Positions 38,511 through 52,517 of a stretch of 64,000 nucleotides of DNA are shown here, in pieces (position 1 is the first letter of the stretch; the number at the start of each line of letters is the position of its first letter). Position numbers and translations under genes: made by a program. The stretch lies in NCBI RefSeq assembly GCF_009914755.1, contig NC_060944.1; one strand, written 5' to 3'. The notes beneath the pieces were generated by a model. That model searched no databases. It saw only the letters and a list, made by a program, of their open reading frames with translations, and had not been told where the DNA came from. Source of the DNA: the human T2T-CHM13v2.0 reference genome, Homo sapiens.

Positions 38511-40630
38511 TAAAAGAAAATAGCACAGGGAAAAAGTGTGCAGTGTCAATAAATGGGACAGGATTATTCACTCCTGGTTTGTATTCCCCATCCCAAGAGA
38601 ACGACGATTTCACTGCAAAGGCATTTTAAGAGCCATGTAGAGGAATTGTGGCCGATTGAATAGGAAGTTCTACCTGGTTCAAATGAGTTCACATCTCTCG
38701 GGGAAGCTGGTGACTGTGGACCCAGGTAGTCCAGGTCATCTTTGAGAAATGATGGAGAACGTAGTGTCAGAGGTGAGGGGATTCTGTGGCCTCCATCTAG
38801 CATTCTGCTTGGCATCTCCTACAAAAACTTCTCAGAAATATGAGAAATACAGGGGAAAATGTTTGAATGCTATCCCATGGCAGTTAATATGGAATCTGTT
38901 GTGGTTTGTGGATTAGTTGTGTGATTCAGGTGCCATTGGAGGTTTCTGGAAGAGAAGGGCCTTTTAAAAGCCTCTGAGAGGCCAGTATTATCCCCAGAAA
39001 GAATGAGAGGAGGTTTATTGTATGCACGCAAGCAATATCTATGAATCCCTTTACTTGCTTGTATCTTACCCTCTTCTGCCCTAGGAACAGGCTCGTGGGA
39101 GAAGTGACCCAACTACACCTTCCTGCCAGTCTCGAGCATTTTAGGTGTTAACCACCAAAGTGGCTGACACATGTACTTACTCACTTGGTTTTAATTTGCA
39201 GAGTAGGAACAATGGACTTAGATTTTTTTAAACTTCTCTAACTCTTTAATCACTGAATGAAATAACTCATGTTGGAAAGACAAAGAATTTCCTGGTAGAC
39301 CTTTTGAACAAGAGCTCATAGATTTCAGTGCCATTGGTAGCCAATGTGATACCATGGCATTGTTGTCTATTGTGTTTTTTAGGTTGTGACCTATTTGTGG
39401 GTTATGAATTCAATTTTGTGGATTGGGACCTGCAATTTAAAAAAAAGATGAAGGAAATAGAACATAATAGAGTCAAGCGCCATGCAATACAAAATGTCAG
39501 AGGTATCCCAACTAACAAGGGTGAATGATGGTTTGTAAAACTTCAGTTACGTATGTATACGTGCATGTATGAGTGTTCTGAGTGATAATATAAAATGCAT
39601 TTTTTACTGAGGAGCATGATCAGAACAATATCAAACCATTGACCAACATCAACATATTTCTATTAGAAAGATATTTAAATGAAGTTTGTATAGTAAAAGG
39701 AAGAAAGAACACTAAAATATTTGCAAATCTACCCTGCACAGTCACTTTAATCTTTTCAGCTTCTAATTGAGATAGATGCTCTATATTACCCTGTTTATTA
39801 ATAAACCCTCAAAGATCTAAAAAGGTGAATTAACTCTCAGGGGCTTTAACAGATAAATTAACTTGAACCTGCCTAGTTGTCTGTTTCAGAGCCAGAATTC
39901 GAACATGGATTCATTTTAGCCGCAGTAAGCACCTGTGTTAGTCAGAATTCAGTGTGGGTAACAGAAGGGCAGGCCAGATTGGAGAGAGCTGGAAACATAT
40001 TCCAGGTAGAGACAATGGTGCCTGATGAAGCCTAAGGGTCTGAATGCTGGAGTAAAGCCAGGGGTTATTTACACTGTGACTGGGTGTGAATCTACAGATA
40101 GATCTGAAACTAGAAGATAAGCCCATGAAGGAAATGGGAAAATGTGCCCTGATTTTGAGTTACATTAGCAAAAAAAATCAAAGCTGAGTCCAAGATGGAA
40201 GAACATCTACATAATTAGAGAGGACAGAAGTGATCACGAAGACCTAGGGGACAGGGAGAGGCCTCAGGTAATGCAAAATCTGTACATAATGATTGAGGTC
40301 AGGAGAACAGATGCTCTTCCCGGGTCAGTTTTAAGGCTGAAATGTTTCAGGAAAACTGGGAACAAAGCATGGTTGGAAATAGCAGGCTAAGCTGATGCAT
40401 CAGGAGACTGCAGATCTCAGTGTTACCTTGCCTGGGAACAGGATGGGCCCCAAGTATGGCTGAGAATGCAAGTCTCATGGGTATATGTTTAATGAACCTA
40501 GTTGGGAGATGTTAGGAGGAAGACTGGTTCTGATGTGAAAGTTTCCTTCCAAAGAATAGGCCAACCTAACTGCAGCAGTGCTGATTATGATGGAAATTTC
40601 CTATTTTGATTCTTCATCAAAAGAAAGAAG

Positions 40631-40935
40631 AGCCGGTACCATGGTTCTTGCCTGTAATCCCAGCACTTTGGGAGGCCAAGGTGGGAGGATCACTTGAGGC
40701 CAGGAGTTTGATACCAGCCCCTATAGGAAACATAACAAGACCCCATCTCTACTAAAAATTAAAAAATTAGCCTGGCATGGTGGCTATGTGTCTTTAGTCC
40801 TAGCTACTCAGGAGGCTGAGGCAGGAGGCTCTCTTGAGCCCAGAAGTAGGAGACAGCAGTGAGCTATGATCACACCACTTGCGCTCTAGCCTGGGTGACA
40901 GAGCAAGACCATGTCTCAAAAAAAAGAAGAAAAAG
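40631..40935 (+). mobile_element. AluJ
   Basis: gggaggatcacttgagg and gtgagctatgatc diagnostics. Confidence 0.92.
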
Positions 40936-41429
40936 GAGAAATTAAAAAGTTTTTCCTTATGGTTTATCTTTAGTAGTTTGACGTATTAAAGAGGTTTATA
41001 TTTTATTATTATATATGCATTAATATATAATCAGATATTAATTAAATATGTATTAGTATATTATACATTAACAAACTTACATTGTCATCTTCTTCAACTA
41101 ATTCTAAGCCTCAAACGAAGTGTAAAAGAAAACTGAAGCATCAAAAAATTAGTCAGCTTCAGGCACTATCCCAAATGTTGAAGTTTTCCATGTAAATAAA
41201 TAAAACCTCTAAAATTAACAAGAGGCTATTTTCACTGTTGCCTGTTGGACACAAGCCTTAATTATGACAGTGATCTGAATAGCCAAGTTACACTGTAAGG
41301 CTGTTTCCCTGAATGGAAACACCAACCTTTTTTGCTTTTTTGAAAAAGAAGCAGAAACAGAAGCAGAAGGAGAGGGAGAGGGAAAAGAATTCTTTCGGAC
41401 AAAATGTATCAAATGTTTGACTTCACTCC

Positions 41430-41578
41430 AGAGGCAATTTTTAAATACCAAAAATTGTTTCACATCTATTCCCAATAAGGTTTGCCACCAAAGGAGTTTG
41501 CTCTAAATTTGTGACTGGATGTTTGGTTTTCAGAGGTTTCAGGATTTCAGAATCATGGTAAGGGATTATAGACATGTA
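41430..41578. mobile_element. Old Tigger-like fragment
   Basis: ttttcagag..gatttcagaat..taagggattatagacatgta terminus. Confidence 0.5.
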
Positions 41579-41795
41579 TTTGGTATGTGCAATATTGGGG
41601 GACTTGAATATTAAGTCTGATTGGGAACATCTCTGGGTTTCTGTATGTGTACACATTCTACACAATAGTGTAAAGTTTTCTAGAAAATTTAGTGTCAGCA
41701 AAAATTACGCTGGGGTCTGAGTTTTTATGTGAGAATCTTATAAAGATCAAAATATTAGCTAAAATTTAAAATTTGAGTTGAAAGGGCTTGAATGC

Positions 41796-42524
41796 TGTAT
41801 TAGTCTGCTTGGGCTGCCATAATAAAATGCTGTAGATTAGGTGGCTTAAACAACAAACATTTCAGTTTGGAAGGCTGGGAAGTCCACTATCTGGGTGCTG
41901 GCAAGGTAGGTTTCAGAACATTCCTTCTTTTGGCTTGTCGGCAACCACCATGTCACTGTGTGCTCAGATGACCTCTTCTTTGTATGTGGTGGTGGGGGTG
42001 GGAGCTGGGAGGTCTCTCTAATATCTCTGTTGTGGGATTTTTCCTTAGTTCAGCTGAAGACAGGGGTCCTTATCACATGGCCACGAAAAATCTGGCTTGC
42101 AGACAATCTGAAGCGTGAGGAGGGCCGGGTTTATTGGGTGAAAGAGGGAAACAGGGACGCTCCGCAAGGCCAGAATCCCTGCTACAGCGCTTCCTGCCTG
42201 AAGATTGGATCCCAGGTTCCACCCAGGAATAGGAGGGGCCAGGCTTCCCCCGCTGCAAACAGCACCAACTCCCGTGGCTCCATGCCAGTGCGCAATCCTC
42301 CCAGTGTGCAGGCTGGTTGGAGTTTTTCCAAGGACCTCTTCCCACCTGGCTGTCTCATCTCATTTTGTAAGGACATAAATCCAATCCTATCCTATCCTAT
42401 TCTATCCGAGCCCCACCCTTATGACCTTATTTAACCTTAATTACTTCTTTCTAGACCCTATCTCCAACTACTACTGCTTTAACATGTGAATCTGGGAGTG
42501 GGGGAGAAAATTCTATCCTTAGCA
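41796..42524 (-). mobile_element. MLT1A-like LTR split by MER61
   Basis: tgtattagtctgcttgggctgccataataaaat start; near-TSD aatgc/gatgc. Confidence 0.88.
42028..42357 (-). mobile_element. ERV1 solo LTR (MER61A-like)
   Basis: Reverse strand begins tgagacagccaggtgggaagaggtcc; TSD TCTC at 42024-42027 and 42358-42361. Confidence 0.9.
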
Positions 42525-43459
42525 GATGCTAAAACTCAGGACTTGAAACTGCTTTACCAAATGATTATGTGCTGTGGTCTGAAGCAGTATTATTTTTTAA
42601 CCCAGTGTTTTTCATTCCCATGTTTTTTTCTTTTCTAAGAAATTATTTTCTTCAGGATCAAAGCGACAGAAACTTAGAAGTGGCATTTGAAGTTGCCAAC
42701 ATTAAACCTTTGATCAGTCCGGCCTAGTCACCAGCCAAACAAGGAGGAGAGAGATTGTTGCTCATCCATCTAAATTCACAGCTCAAAGGTGCAGAAATCC
42801 AGCTGGAGTAGAAAACATTTCCTGTACTGAGTTAAATTTAACTGAACTCCATGCCTGGATGATTTCTGCCAGTGGCGCCCGTGGGATTGTGTGACCCCCT
42901 CTGGCTTTGCTATCTGCAGGTTTCTTGATCACACGTGGTATCCATTTATCAGTCCTGGCTGGAGCCAGTTTCCCAGAGCAAACAGATGCAGGATGATCCG
43001 CACTATCAGCAGAGGTTCACCAAAGTTCTAATTAGACCAGGAAGGTTTATTAATACAATTAGCTTTAGGGAGGACAGTTACAACAGGAAGCAAATTCCTT
43101 GCAGCATCCGGTCCTCTCTTAGCCATGTTAGTTGATTAAGAGGAAAGCCTCAGACTTCAAAATCAAGAGCAAAATTGAAAATGTCTGGGAATTTAACTTT
43201 CCAGTAACTGTAAAGTTTTAACCGTGAACTTTCTATTAACTGTAAAGTATAATTTAACTTTCTAATAACTGTAGAACAAGAAAGGATTCTAGAAAAATCT
43301 TGGGAAAAATTATTAATGAGGGGCCTGAGGGCTTAAGTTTGGGGAGAGTGGGCTTGTTTTGATTTGCAATGTGGAAGCTGCTTTTGCTCATGCTTTCTGA
43401 AGGTCTTCCATAAAGAGGGGAACTGCGAATTGCAAAGTAAAGCCCCTGCTGTGGAGTGA

Positions 43460-43645
43460 ATTTGCTTATGTCACACTCTATCTGAGTGACCCTTAGGAAG
43501 TTCCCTAATCTCCCATGCCTGTTTTCTGGGTTGTAAATGCAAGTAATAAAAGTAACTGCCTCATAGGTTTGTTGCAAGTATTAAATAAGAAAATTTATAA
43601 CGGACATAAAAGGGAGTTGGCATAGAGTTAATGTTCAGTAAATGA
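43460..43645 (+). mobile_element. MIR
   Basis: gtgaccttaggaagtt..cctcataggtttgttg..gttcagtaaatg. Confidence 0.7.
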
Positions 43646-43659
43646 CGAGTGTATCCTTC

Positions 43660-43702
43660 TCCTCTTCCTCCTCCTCCTCCTCATCCTCCTCCTCCTCCTC
43701 CT
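43660..43702. repeat. (CCT)n trinucleotide repeat
   Basis: Directly visible. Confidence 0.95.
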
Positions 43703-45202
43703 CATGGACAATTGGTTTCATCCATCTGATAATGAAACACTGTGAATTGCCCCCAGGAGTGCTTTAAATGATGTCTACTTGTACATAGATGCTCAAAATT
43801 TTTGAATTCTATCAGTATGACATCTAGAAGAGTCATGGGTAGCACCAAGGGATAAGCTCTTTCTCTGGAAGAATAGTACATTTCTTTCTATTAAAAAAAC
43901 ATGAATTAGTCAACCCATTATGTGTTTGTTTTTGCCCTTATTACCAGAAAACTACAAGATGATTTTCAATCACAGTGAGGATTAGTTTCTGTGACTAACA
44001 TGTTTCTTTCTTTCTCATTCTTATGAGTTTGATTTCCCATTCTTAAGCAAAAAAGCACAATAGGTGTGATTGTGTGTACCATTTTTTTGAATGAGGCAGG
44101 AAGATAGTTGACAGTTGGTTAATTCATGTATTCATTCTAGTTAGTTTTGTGTCTGCACTTCCTTCTGGAATTTAAACATTTTTGAAGATACGGTCTCTGT
44201 TCTATTTTTTATTTTTCATTCCTATAAAGTTTTATTGAATGCCTATATGTGTCCAACATACCAGATCCTAAGGTATGTTTCACATAAGTCAGATTGGTCT
44301 CTGTCCTTAATGGTGTTATCATATAGCAGAGGACAAAATCATAAAATAATAATAATATATGAAAGATATGTAAGCATGTAAGGTCAAGAGGGTGGAAATT
44401 TCTTCTGTCTTATTCACTGCTTTATTGCTACTCCTAAGGGAGTGCCTAAAACAGATTAGATGTCCAATTAGTATTTATTCTATCAATTACTGTCCCAGGC
44501 ATTTTACACATATTAGAAATATGAGAACTAATGTTTATTGAGCAATTCATATCTGTATACCAAACATTCTACTGGTATTTCAACACCGTGAACTAGAAAC
44601 AATTCCTAAGGTTATGAAATAGGAGTTAACACTGAAGTCTAGAGAGGTTATGCAATTTGCTTATGGTCACACAGCTAATAAGAGCTAGATAGAGGTCTCC
44701 TCTAGAGCTCATGCGCTTAACCAGTACCTCCATCCATGACACTGTCTTACCCTAATACTGGAGGAGTTGAGGAATAGGCTTCCCCACATCGTGGATAATA
44801 AAGCTAAAATTTTCTAAGGCAGGGCCTGGTTAATGGAGGGCACATGCAAGCTGACACTCTCAGGACTCCAAAGTGTACACACTTTTCACTATACCACACA
44901 GCCTCTCATGCACGTAGACAATCACACACATACAAACTTTCTAACAAAAGTTTGTAGGAATTGTGCTGGGACCATGCTGTATAGCTGTAGTCCATGGTGT
45001 ATAACATGCCTGCAGTAGAATATCTATTGAAATGAATAGAGCTACAAGGTTAATCCATTGGAGAAGGAATTTGGTGTGATACTTACAAGCTCCCCAGTGG
45101 CATGAATGTGTCACTCTTCACAACACTGCCTAGTTCTTGTGTAGATACACTATAAGCATTAAGACAATTTATCCTTACTGTACAAGACTATGGAGTGTAG
45201 AT

Positions 45203-45725
45203 GTGGTAGACCTAATTCTGAGATGGCCTTCAGAATCCCATCCGTTGGTGTCCATGCCCTGCCCATTAAGTGTGGGCAAAACCTAAGGTTTGCTTCTACC
45301 CAGTAGAATATGACAAAGGTGAAGGGATTTTGCAGCTATAATTAAAGTGTCATGTCAGTTGATTTTGAGTAAATCAAAAGGGAGATTATCCTGGGTGAGC
45401 CTGACTTAATTAGGTGAAAGCCCTTAAAAAAGGAACTGGGCCCTTCTGGAGGCAATAGACTGTTCTTGAAGACTTGCTGAAGTTAGTGGCTCTTTTGGAG
45501 AAGCCTACATATCAAGGAAATATGACAACCTCCGGAACTGCAAGCAGCCTCTGGTATCCAAGGCCCCAACAAAAAGCCAGAGCCCTCAGTCACAGAGCTC
45601 AAGAAATTGAATTCTACCGTCAACCTGAATGAGCTTGGAAGTGGATTATTCCCCAATCAAGCCTCCAGACTTTAACCCAATCTGGCTGATCCCTTAGTTA
45701 CAGTCTTATGAGACATTGACAGGAG
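45203..45725 (+). mobile_element. MaLR LTR (MLT1E-like), 3'-truncated
   Basis: tgtggtagac..ggtgaagggattttgcag..aatcaaaagggagattatcctgggtg..caacctgaatgagcttggaagtggatt. Confidence 0.85.
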
Positions 45726-46018
45726 AGTGGGTTTAGACGTTAATATCCCATTTCCGTTACCAGATATACTGCAAAGACAGAGATCATTTTTTCAAGGAAG
45801 TTGTGACTAAGCACCATTTGAAATATCACTATTGTGGTTTTGACTGACCCCAGATGAAAAGATGAACTCTCCTAAGATTTCAGGCATCTTTAAGGATAGA
45901 TTGTAATGATGCCAGGTGATTCCTAGATGAGATACACTAAAATTCCTCTCCACACAAGGAAAATAACAGTGTGTTCTCTACTTCTCTTGGAAGTTCCATC
46001 ATTAAGGATATTGAATAT

Positions 46019-46305
46019 GACCAGGCACAGTGGCTCACGCCTGTAATCCCAGCACTTTGGGAGGCTGAGGCAGGTGGATCAGTTGAGGCCAGGAGTTCGA
46101 GACCAGCCTGGCCATGACGAAACCTGTCTCTACTAAAAACACAAAAAAGTTAGCCAGGCATGGTTAATTAGCCCTGCTACTTGAGAGGCTGAGGCACAAG
46201 AATCAAGAATCACTTTAACCTGGAAGGCAGAGGTTGCACTGAGATCGCGCCACCGAACTCCAGTCTGGGTGACAGAGTGAGACCCTGTCAAAAAAAAAAA
46301 AAAAA
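46019..46305 (+). mobile_element. AluS (Sz-like)
   Basis: Dimer plus A tail; TSD aag(g/a)atattgaa(t/c)at. Confidence 0.93.
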
Positions 46306-46730
46306 GAATATTGAACATATGTTTACATAAATTAATTATTTTGAGCAATGACTATTTCTGCTTCAGAAAATCTGGACTTCTTAAGTTGTGTTCAAGAAAA
46401 AAAAAACAAGACAACAAACACTTCAGGTTTATCCTTTTATGTTGTGACTATGTGGGAAGAGATTGTTAATTTAAAAAATCTGTTAACACCAAACTCTCTT
46501 TTTTCTCTTTTCCTCTTTTTTTTCTCTCTTCTCTGTCTCTCCTCATTTTATAGGTTTTGGTGTCTATTTATTTTTTCTCCATGTATTGCCACCCTTTGCT
46601 CTAGGCTTACATACTTTTAACTACAAATCCAGGAAGGATCCCTGATTCCACCTGTTCCAGTGAAAACCCTGATGTAGCTTTCATTAGACCAACATAGAAT
46701 ATGTGCCAACACTTGACCTAGCCACCGTAG

Positions 46731-47050
<320 letters not shown>

Positions 47051-48139
47051 CGTAACCATGGATTTTAATGATCTGTTCAGCCAGGCCTGGAATGCACGCC
47101 TTCCCCTGTAGCCAGGAGTAAAATAAGCCTATCAGAACCATGCAGGCTGGAGTTACATTTTCAAAGAGGAAAATGGATAAAAACGTTCCATTACTGAGAC
47201 AACCTCAGATATTTTCCTCAGAGTGGAAATCAGGAAACCAACTTAGAGTCATCTCAAGATTAGAGGGAATTTGGGCTAGAAGGAGAATATTCTAAAGCTA
47301 CTATTTACTAAAATATTACCTAATAGTACAGGAATAGACAACTGTATCAATGGAGTAGAAGAGATTAGAAAGTGTTCAAACAAGCATAACTCATTTAGAA
47401 TGGATGCATGAAATGCTATTTCATTGTAGCACTATTGTTTTAGAAATGGTTTTATTAAACTATACACAAATATATGAACACAAATCCATTACAGTACTGA
47501 GTAGTGGAATCACTATTTCTCAAATAACTAGTCATCCAGTACAGTAGACTGACATCTTACTGTTTTTACCATCTATTTGTTCTCTCTGGTATGGTGTTTA
47601 TTTCTACCATTATTTGTACTTATATGAACATTTTTGGGCTGAGATGGCTATCAAAAATGTGCACCAGAGTGGCAAAGAAAAATTCCCTATTCAATATAAA
47701 AATACCACTTTTACTGGGGCTCTGGGAACCTTCAAGACAGTGAGCAAGGAAGTATTAGGTAAAATTACCAATTATGTAGCTAATTAGATATGAGGGGAAA
47801 TCCTTGAAAACTTAGTAGGCCACATACATATCACTGCAGCCTCTAAAGATTGACAAGTAGAGGGAAATAAATTGCCAATAAATGATACTGAGAATATATG
47901 TCCAAACAGACTATGCCATTATAAGGTAATCACTCCCTGAAACATAAAAAAAGTCTATTTTATGAATTTTATATACTTATAGTTTATTTTATTATTTGTA
48001 GAACTTTTAAAATTTATATCTTCATATATGAATTTCATTTTTATTTTGTGTGTTCTATCTTATATATTTGTAGATAATTTCATAAATGTTTATTTTTGCT
48101 AGTTAAGCATCTGATATAAATGACATTTCCAATTAATAG

Positions 48140-48540
48140 TGAAATGGTGTTTCCAGGAAAGATATTGGAACAATGAATATCCGTATATAAAAGTAATTTT
48201 GGCAACCTACTTCACACCATATAAGCAAATAATTTCCATATTATATACATACCTAAATATTGAGGGAAAACCAAAATTGCTAGAATATACATAATATACT
48301 TTTTATAACTGTAGAGTGGGAGAAAACATTTTTAGACATAGCGCAAAACCCAGAAGCAAAGTAAAACACTGGTAGGTTATCTGCTTAACACTGTTAAACT
48401 TCTAATGGGCAAAAGACAAAGCAGACAAAGGTAAAGACAAGTTACAGGCTGGGAGAAAACAGTTACAAGATATATCAGAAAAAGGGAAACATATACCATC
48501 TCTAACATACTCTTACATGGCTCTTACAACCCAATAAGAA
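48140..48540 (+). mobile_element. Old L1M ORF2 fragment
   Basis: cctacttcacaccatata..caaaacccagaagc..gctgggagaaaa motifs. Confidence 0.6.
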
Positions 48541-50597
48541 AGTGAAGTTCTCAGGTATCTGTGAATGCAAGCCACAGTTGTCTCTTAGCCACAATGTCTA
48601 GGGTGCGTCAGGATTCAGACGACTGCAGTTCCTGGCCAAGTACCCCCTAGCTTTGCTGAATGACATGCCTCTTTATGGCTTATGGACAGCAACCATTGGG
48701 TTCAGGTCTTCGCCCCATTTCCTGACCCAAGGGGCCACAAAATCCTTTGTCCTCACCCCAGGCCACAAGAAGAGCATCTCCTCAGAAAGTGGCCACTGGT
48801 TATTTCACCTGGCCCCAAGACGATGCAAGGCACCCACTCTGCTTTTTTTGTGATGAGATGGAGCATGACTGGCCTTGCACATGACCTTCAGTCACTGCCT
48901 CTTTGCTCTTTGGTTGTTGACTTTGTCGGCAGGGAATTCAGAGGGAAGGAGAGTCAGCGACGTGCTCTCGTAAGGTCATCTTAGAAGACCACTCTCTCCA
49001 ATTATTTTAAGCAGCTCTTTAGAGCTTTCTACATTGTGAAGTTCTTTATCCTACCTGTGTATCCCTAGGGCTTTACAGAGTGGAGATTCAGTAAATATTT
49101 TGACAAGAGTGAGCAAATGATTTAACAGTCGATGGAGTGCAAATTGCCAACAACTTACTGTAGCGTTTCCATCCACAGCATTCAGGGTCAGTGGCTAAAA
49201 TACTTGTCGTAAAGGTGCCAAGCCTCCAGGCATCTAGCAGGGCATTAGCACACCGAAGCATTTATTAGACTCAGGAATATACTCTTTATTGGCTCATTTC
49301 AAACAATACCTAAAAAAGAAACCTCTTTTTTTAAAGCCTTCAAAAGATGGCAGGATGTATTTTTTCCTAAGACCCATAAAACAGGTAACATAAACTGTTA
49401 CTATTTCATAAGAAAAACTTAGGTACAGAAATACTCAAACACTTATCCAAGGGAGCTGGAATTTGTGTCAAATTTTCTTGAGGAATTACATGGCTCGTAC
49501 TATTTAGACCATGTTCTAAACAAGCATTTATCGCTCTTTGAAGTTGTGTCGTATTTAGAAATTTAGATTCATAGTAATTAGATATTTAGATAGATTATAC
49601 TGGAATATTTGGGTGGCATATGGACAGCAGGTCTGTAAATAAAATTTAAATCTTCATTACTATATTTTCTACATTCTGCCTTATGCTTGATTTAAGCTTT
49701 TTTCCCTTCTTTTCACTGGTTAGATTTTTTTTTCATTTATTTTTTCTTCTAGGTCGTTGACCTTTTTATAGGCATAGAAAATGCCTTGTACCGTGCACCA
49801 AAGTTCTTAAAATTTTAAAAGCTTTCTTTGACTAAGTCATCCCTTGCCCTCTTTTGAAGCTATTCTGACCTCTATTTTCTATTTTATTTTAATTAATCAT
49901 ATCTTAGGATTTGTAGGCTTATATGTGGATGCATGTATATTATCTTGTTAAGGGTACATAAGGCAGTTATACAAAAGATTATGTTGGCTTCAAAGAATGT
50001 TAAACAAAAGGAATGAGAAGATTCCTGAATAATATAGTTATGCATACTCAGAGCTTCTTTCATAAGGGCATTTGAAATGTATGCTGATCACCTCAAGGTC
50101 GCCATGAAATGGGAAGATTTAAACTAGTGGTGTTTGGACAGAAACAACTTTTACCTTGAAAGCCAGCAATCAATGACTGAAAAATGTATATCTAAGGCTG
50201 GAAAATCATTTCAGTATTATTAAGTATTCTGATGACAAAAAAGGTTCAAACATTTGTGACTCCCATAGCTAGTATTGATATGGGTGATGGGAAATAAGGA
50301 TGTATTTATTTTATTTGGACTTTAGTCATGTTTTTATTGTCTGTAAAAATGACTTGACTGTTACAGCTAGAACATTGAAGAAAGAAGGGAAGCAGGTCAA
50401 ATGGGTCCCCAGTGATTCCCTGTGGCACCTGGACTTTCTCCAGGAATTGATTGTTACATATTATTCCATCAAACACCTTTTAACCAGTCCAGTTCTTGTC
50501 TATGGATCCAGACAATTCAGTCTTCCCAGGGCTTACCCATGTTTCCATATATCCAGAAAGTTTGTATATTATGGCTAGAAAAGCAATTAAACCACTT

Positions 50598-50928
50598 TGG
50601 AAGGGTTGGGGGAAGGGAGGGTTAGGGAGAGACTTGTTAAAGGATACAAAATTATAGCTAGATAGGAGGAATAAATTCTAGTATTGTATAGCTTTGCAGG
50701 AAGACTAAAGTTAACAATCATATGGTATATAGTATCAGATAGCTAGAAGGAGGATATTTAATGTTCCCCACACAAAGAAATGATAAATGTTTTTGATTTT
50801 ATATATATATATATATGATAATTACCGTGATCTGATCACTATATGTTATATGGATCGAAACATCACTATGTACTCCATGAATATATACAATTATTATGTG
50901 TCAATTTAAGAAATTAAATTAAAAAGAG
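50598..50928 (+). mobile_element. L1MA5-like 3' end
   Basis: aaaggatacaaaattatagctagataggaggaataa..cacaaagaaatgataaatgttt..aattattatgtgtcaatt. Confidence 0.88.
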
Positions 50929-52151
50929 AAATTAACCCAGCCTCACCATTTTACAGCAGAGGGACTTGAGGTGGAAAAAATTCAAGAAACTTTACTCTCG
51001 TCATTCAACGGAGTGATCTTTTGAAAAAGGTAGCATTACAAGAAATCCAGTATATACCCACAAATACGTGGCCACATTTCTTGACAATGTTCCAATTATT
51101 ATTGATATCTACAATTAGAATTAAATCGTTGTTTCTAACCAGTAATATTCCAAGTAAAGTAGTAACATTGTTTATTCATTGGCATTAGGCATCTATGGTT
51201 AGCTCTACAGAATTATAGTTGAAATCTATGTGAAAATATCAATTTTTACACTTACCGACCATAATAGGATACTTACAGAAGAGCTTGATACCAGACTGTC
51301 AGCCAAAGATTTTCTGAATTTGGTATGAATTTTCTAAAGGTGGAGTGATTTGCTTCAAGAGAAAATTGCTTTGAGTGCATTTTGCAGTCAAGAACTTTGA
51401 CACCTTGCAATTTACTAGTTGCAAAGATAATCTGATCACAAAGTAAGAAATCTGATCGTTGTAATTCCAATTTATATCAATAAGAAATAATAAATAATCT
51501 TTATTTTGGAGGTTTGCTAAGTGACTGAAAGTTTATCTAAATACAGACGGTTTTGCATGAACGCTAGGGACTGAATGAAACACTGTTTGCCTACCAATTA
51601 ACCAGGCAGGTGTGAAACATAAGCAGTGACCGACCATAACAGACGATCTCTCAGATATTGATCACTCTTTTAACAGAAAAATTCCTATGGGCAGATAGAG
51701 GAGGGGGAGAGGGCAGCATTCTCTTGAGATTGTCTTAGGGAAGGATGATCATGAAACTCTTTATATCTGAAAAAAATTTTAAATCCTTTTAAATATCAAT
51801 CCAGGAGGATTAGCTAAGCAGCAATAAAGCACCTTATAACTGTTACATAGTTAATTCAAAGAAGCATTGTATCAAGATAAATAAATATAGAAAACAAGGA
51901 ATCCATTTTCAAGAAACATACTTTGTTCTAGTTCTGACTTCAGATTTAAAACACACACACATACGCAGAAGACACACTGAATATGATTGAATCTAGAATA
52001 TAGAAATAAAATAATTGAATATATTCCATTTGTTAATGTGTGCATGTGTTTTCAAGACATGGCTCAATGATTCTGTAGTTTTTTCCTTATTTTTATTTTG
52101 AGAATTTTCTAGAAAAAATATGTCTTAAATACTTAATTTTTACTTCTTGGT

Positions 52152-52517
52152 TATCTTAGTCCATTTGTACTGCTACAGCAGAATACATGAGATGATAATT
52201 TCTAAAGAACAGGAATTTATTTTCTCACAGTTCTGAATACTGAGATGTTCAAGGGGCCGGCAGGTTTCGTTGTCTGTGAGGGTGGCTCTCTGCTTCCAAG
52301 ATGGTTCCTCTAGAGGAGGGAACACTTTGTCCTGGCATGGTGGGATGTGGGCTCAAACCCTGTATGAAGCCTCTTTTATAAAGGCCTTAATCTCATCTTT
52401 GAGAGAGGAGCCCTCATAACCTAATCAGCTCTTAAAGGTTCTACCTCTTAATACTATCACAATGGCCATTAAGTTTCAGCATCTGAATTTTAGAGGGGAC
52501 ATACTGAGGCAATAACA
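52152..52517 (-). mobile_element. MaLR solo LTR (MST-like)
   Basis: tcttagtccattt..gaatttattttctcacagttctg..cctctcttaatactatcacaatggcc. Confidence 0.85.

Noticed and set aside
41958-42434. 158-aa ORF
   Set aside because: Lies entirely within nested MLT1A/MER61 LTR sequence.
42656-42727. DQSDRNLEVAFEVANIKPLISPA*, resembling a calponin-homology motif behind an acceptor-like site
   Set aside because: A single short match with an immediate stop and no supporting neighbouring exons.
43195-43276. CRISPR-like repeat-spacer array
   Set aside because: Eukaryotic DNA, only three degenerate units, spacers of 10 nt or less, no cas genes.
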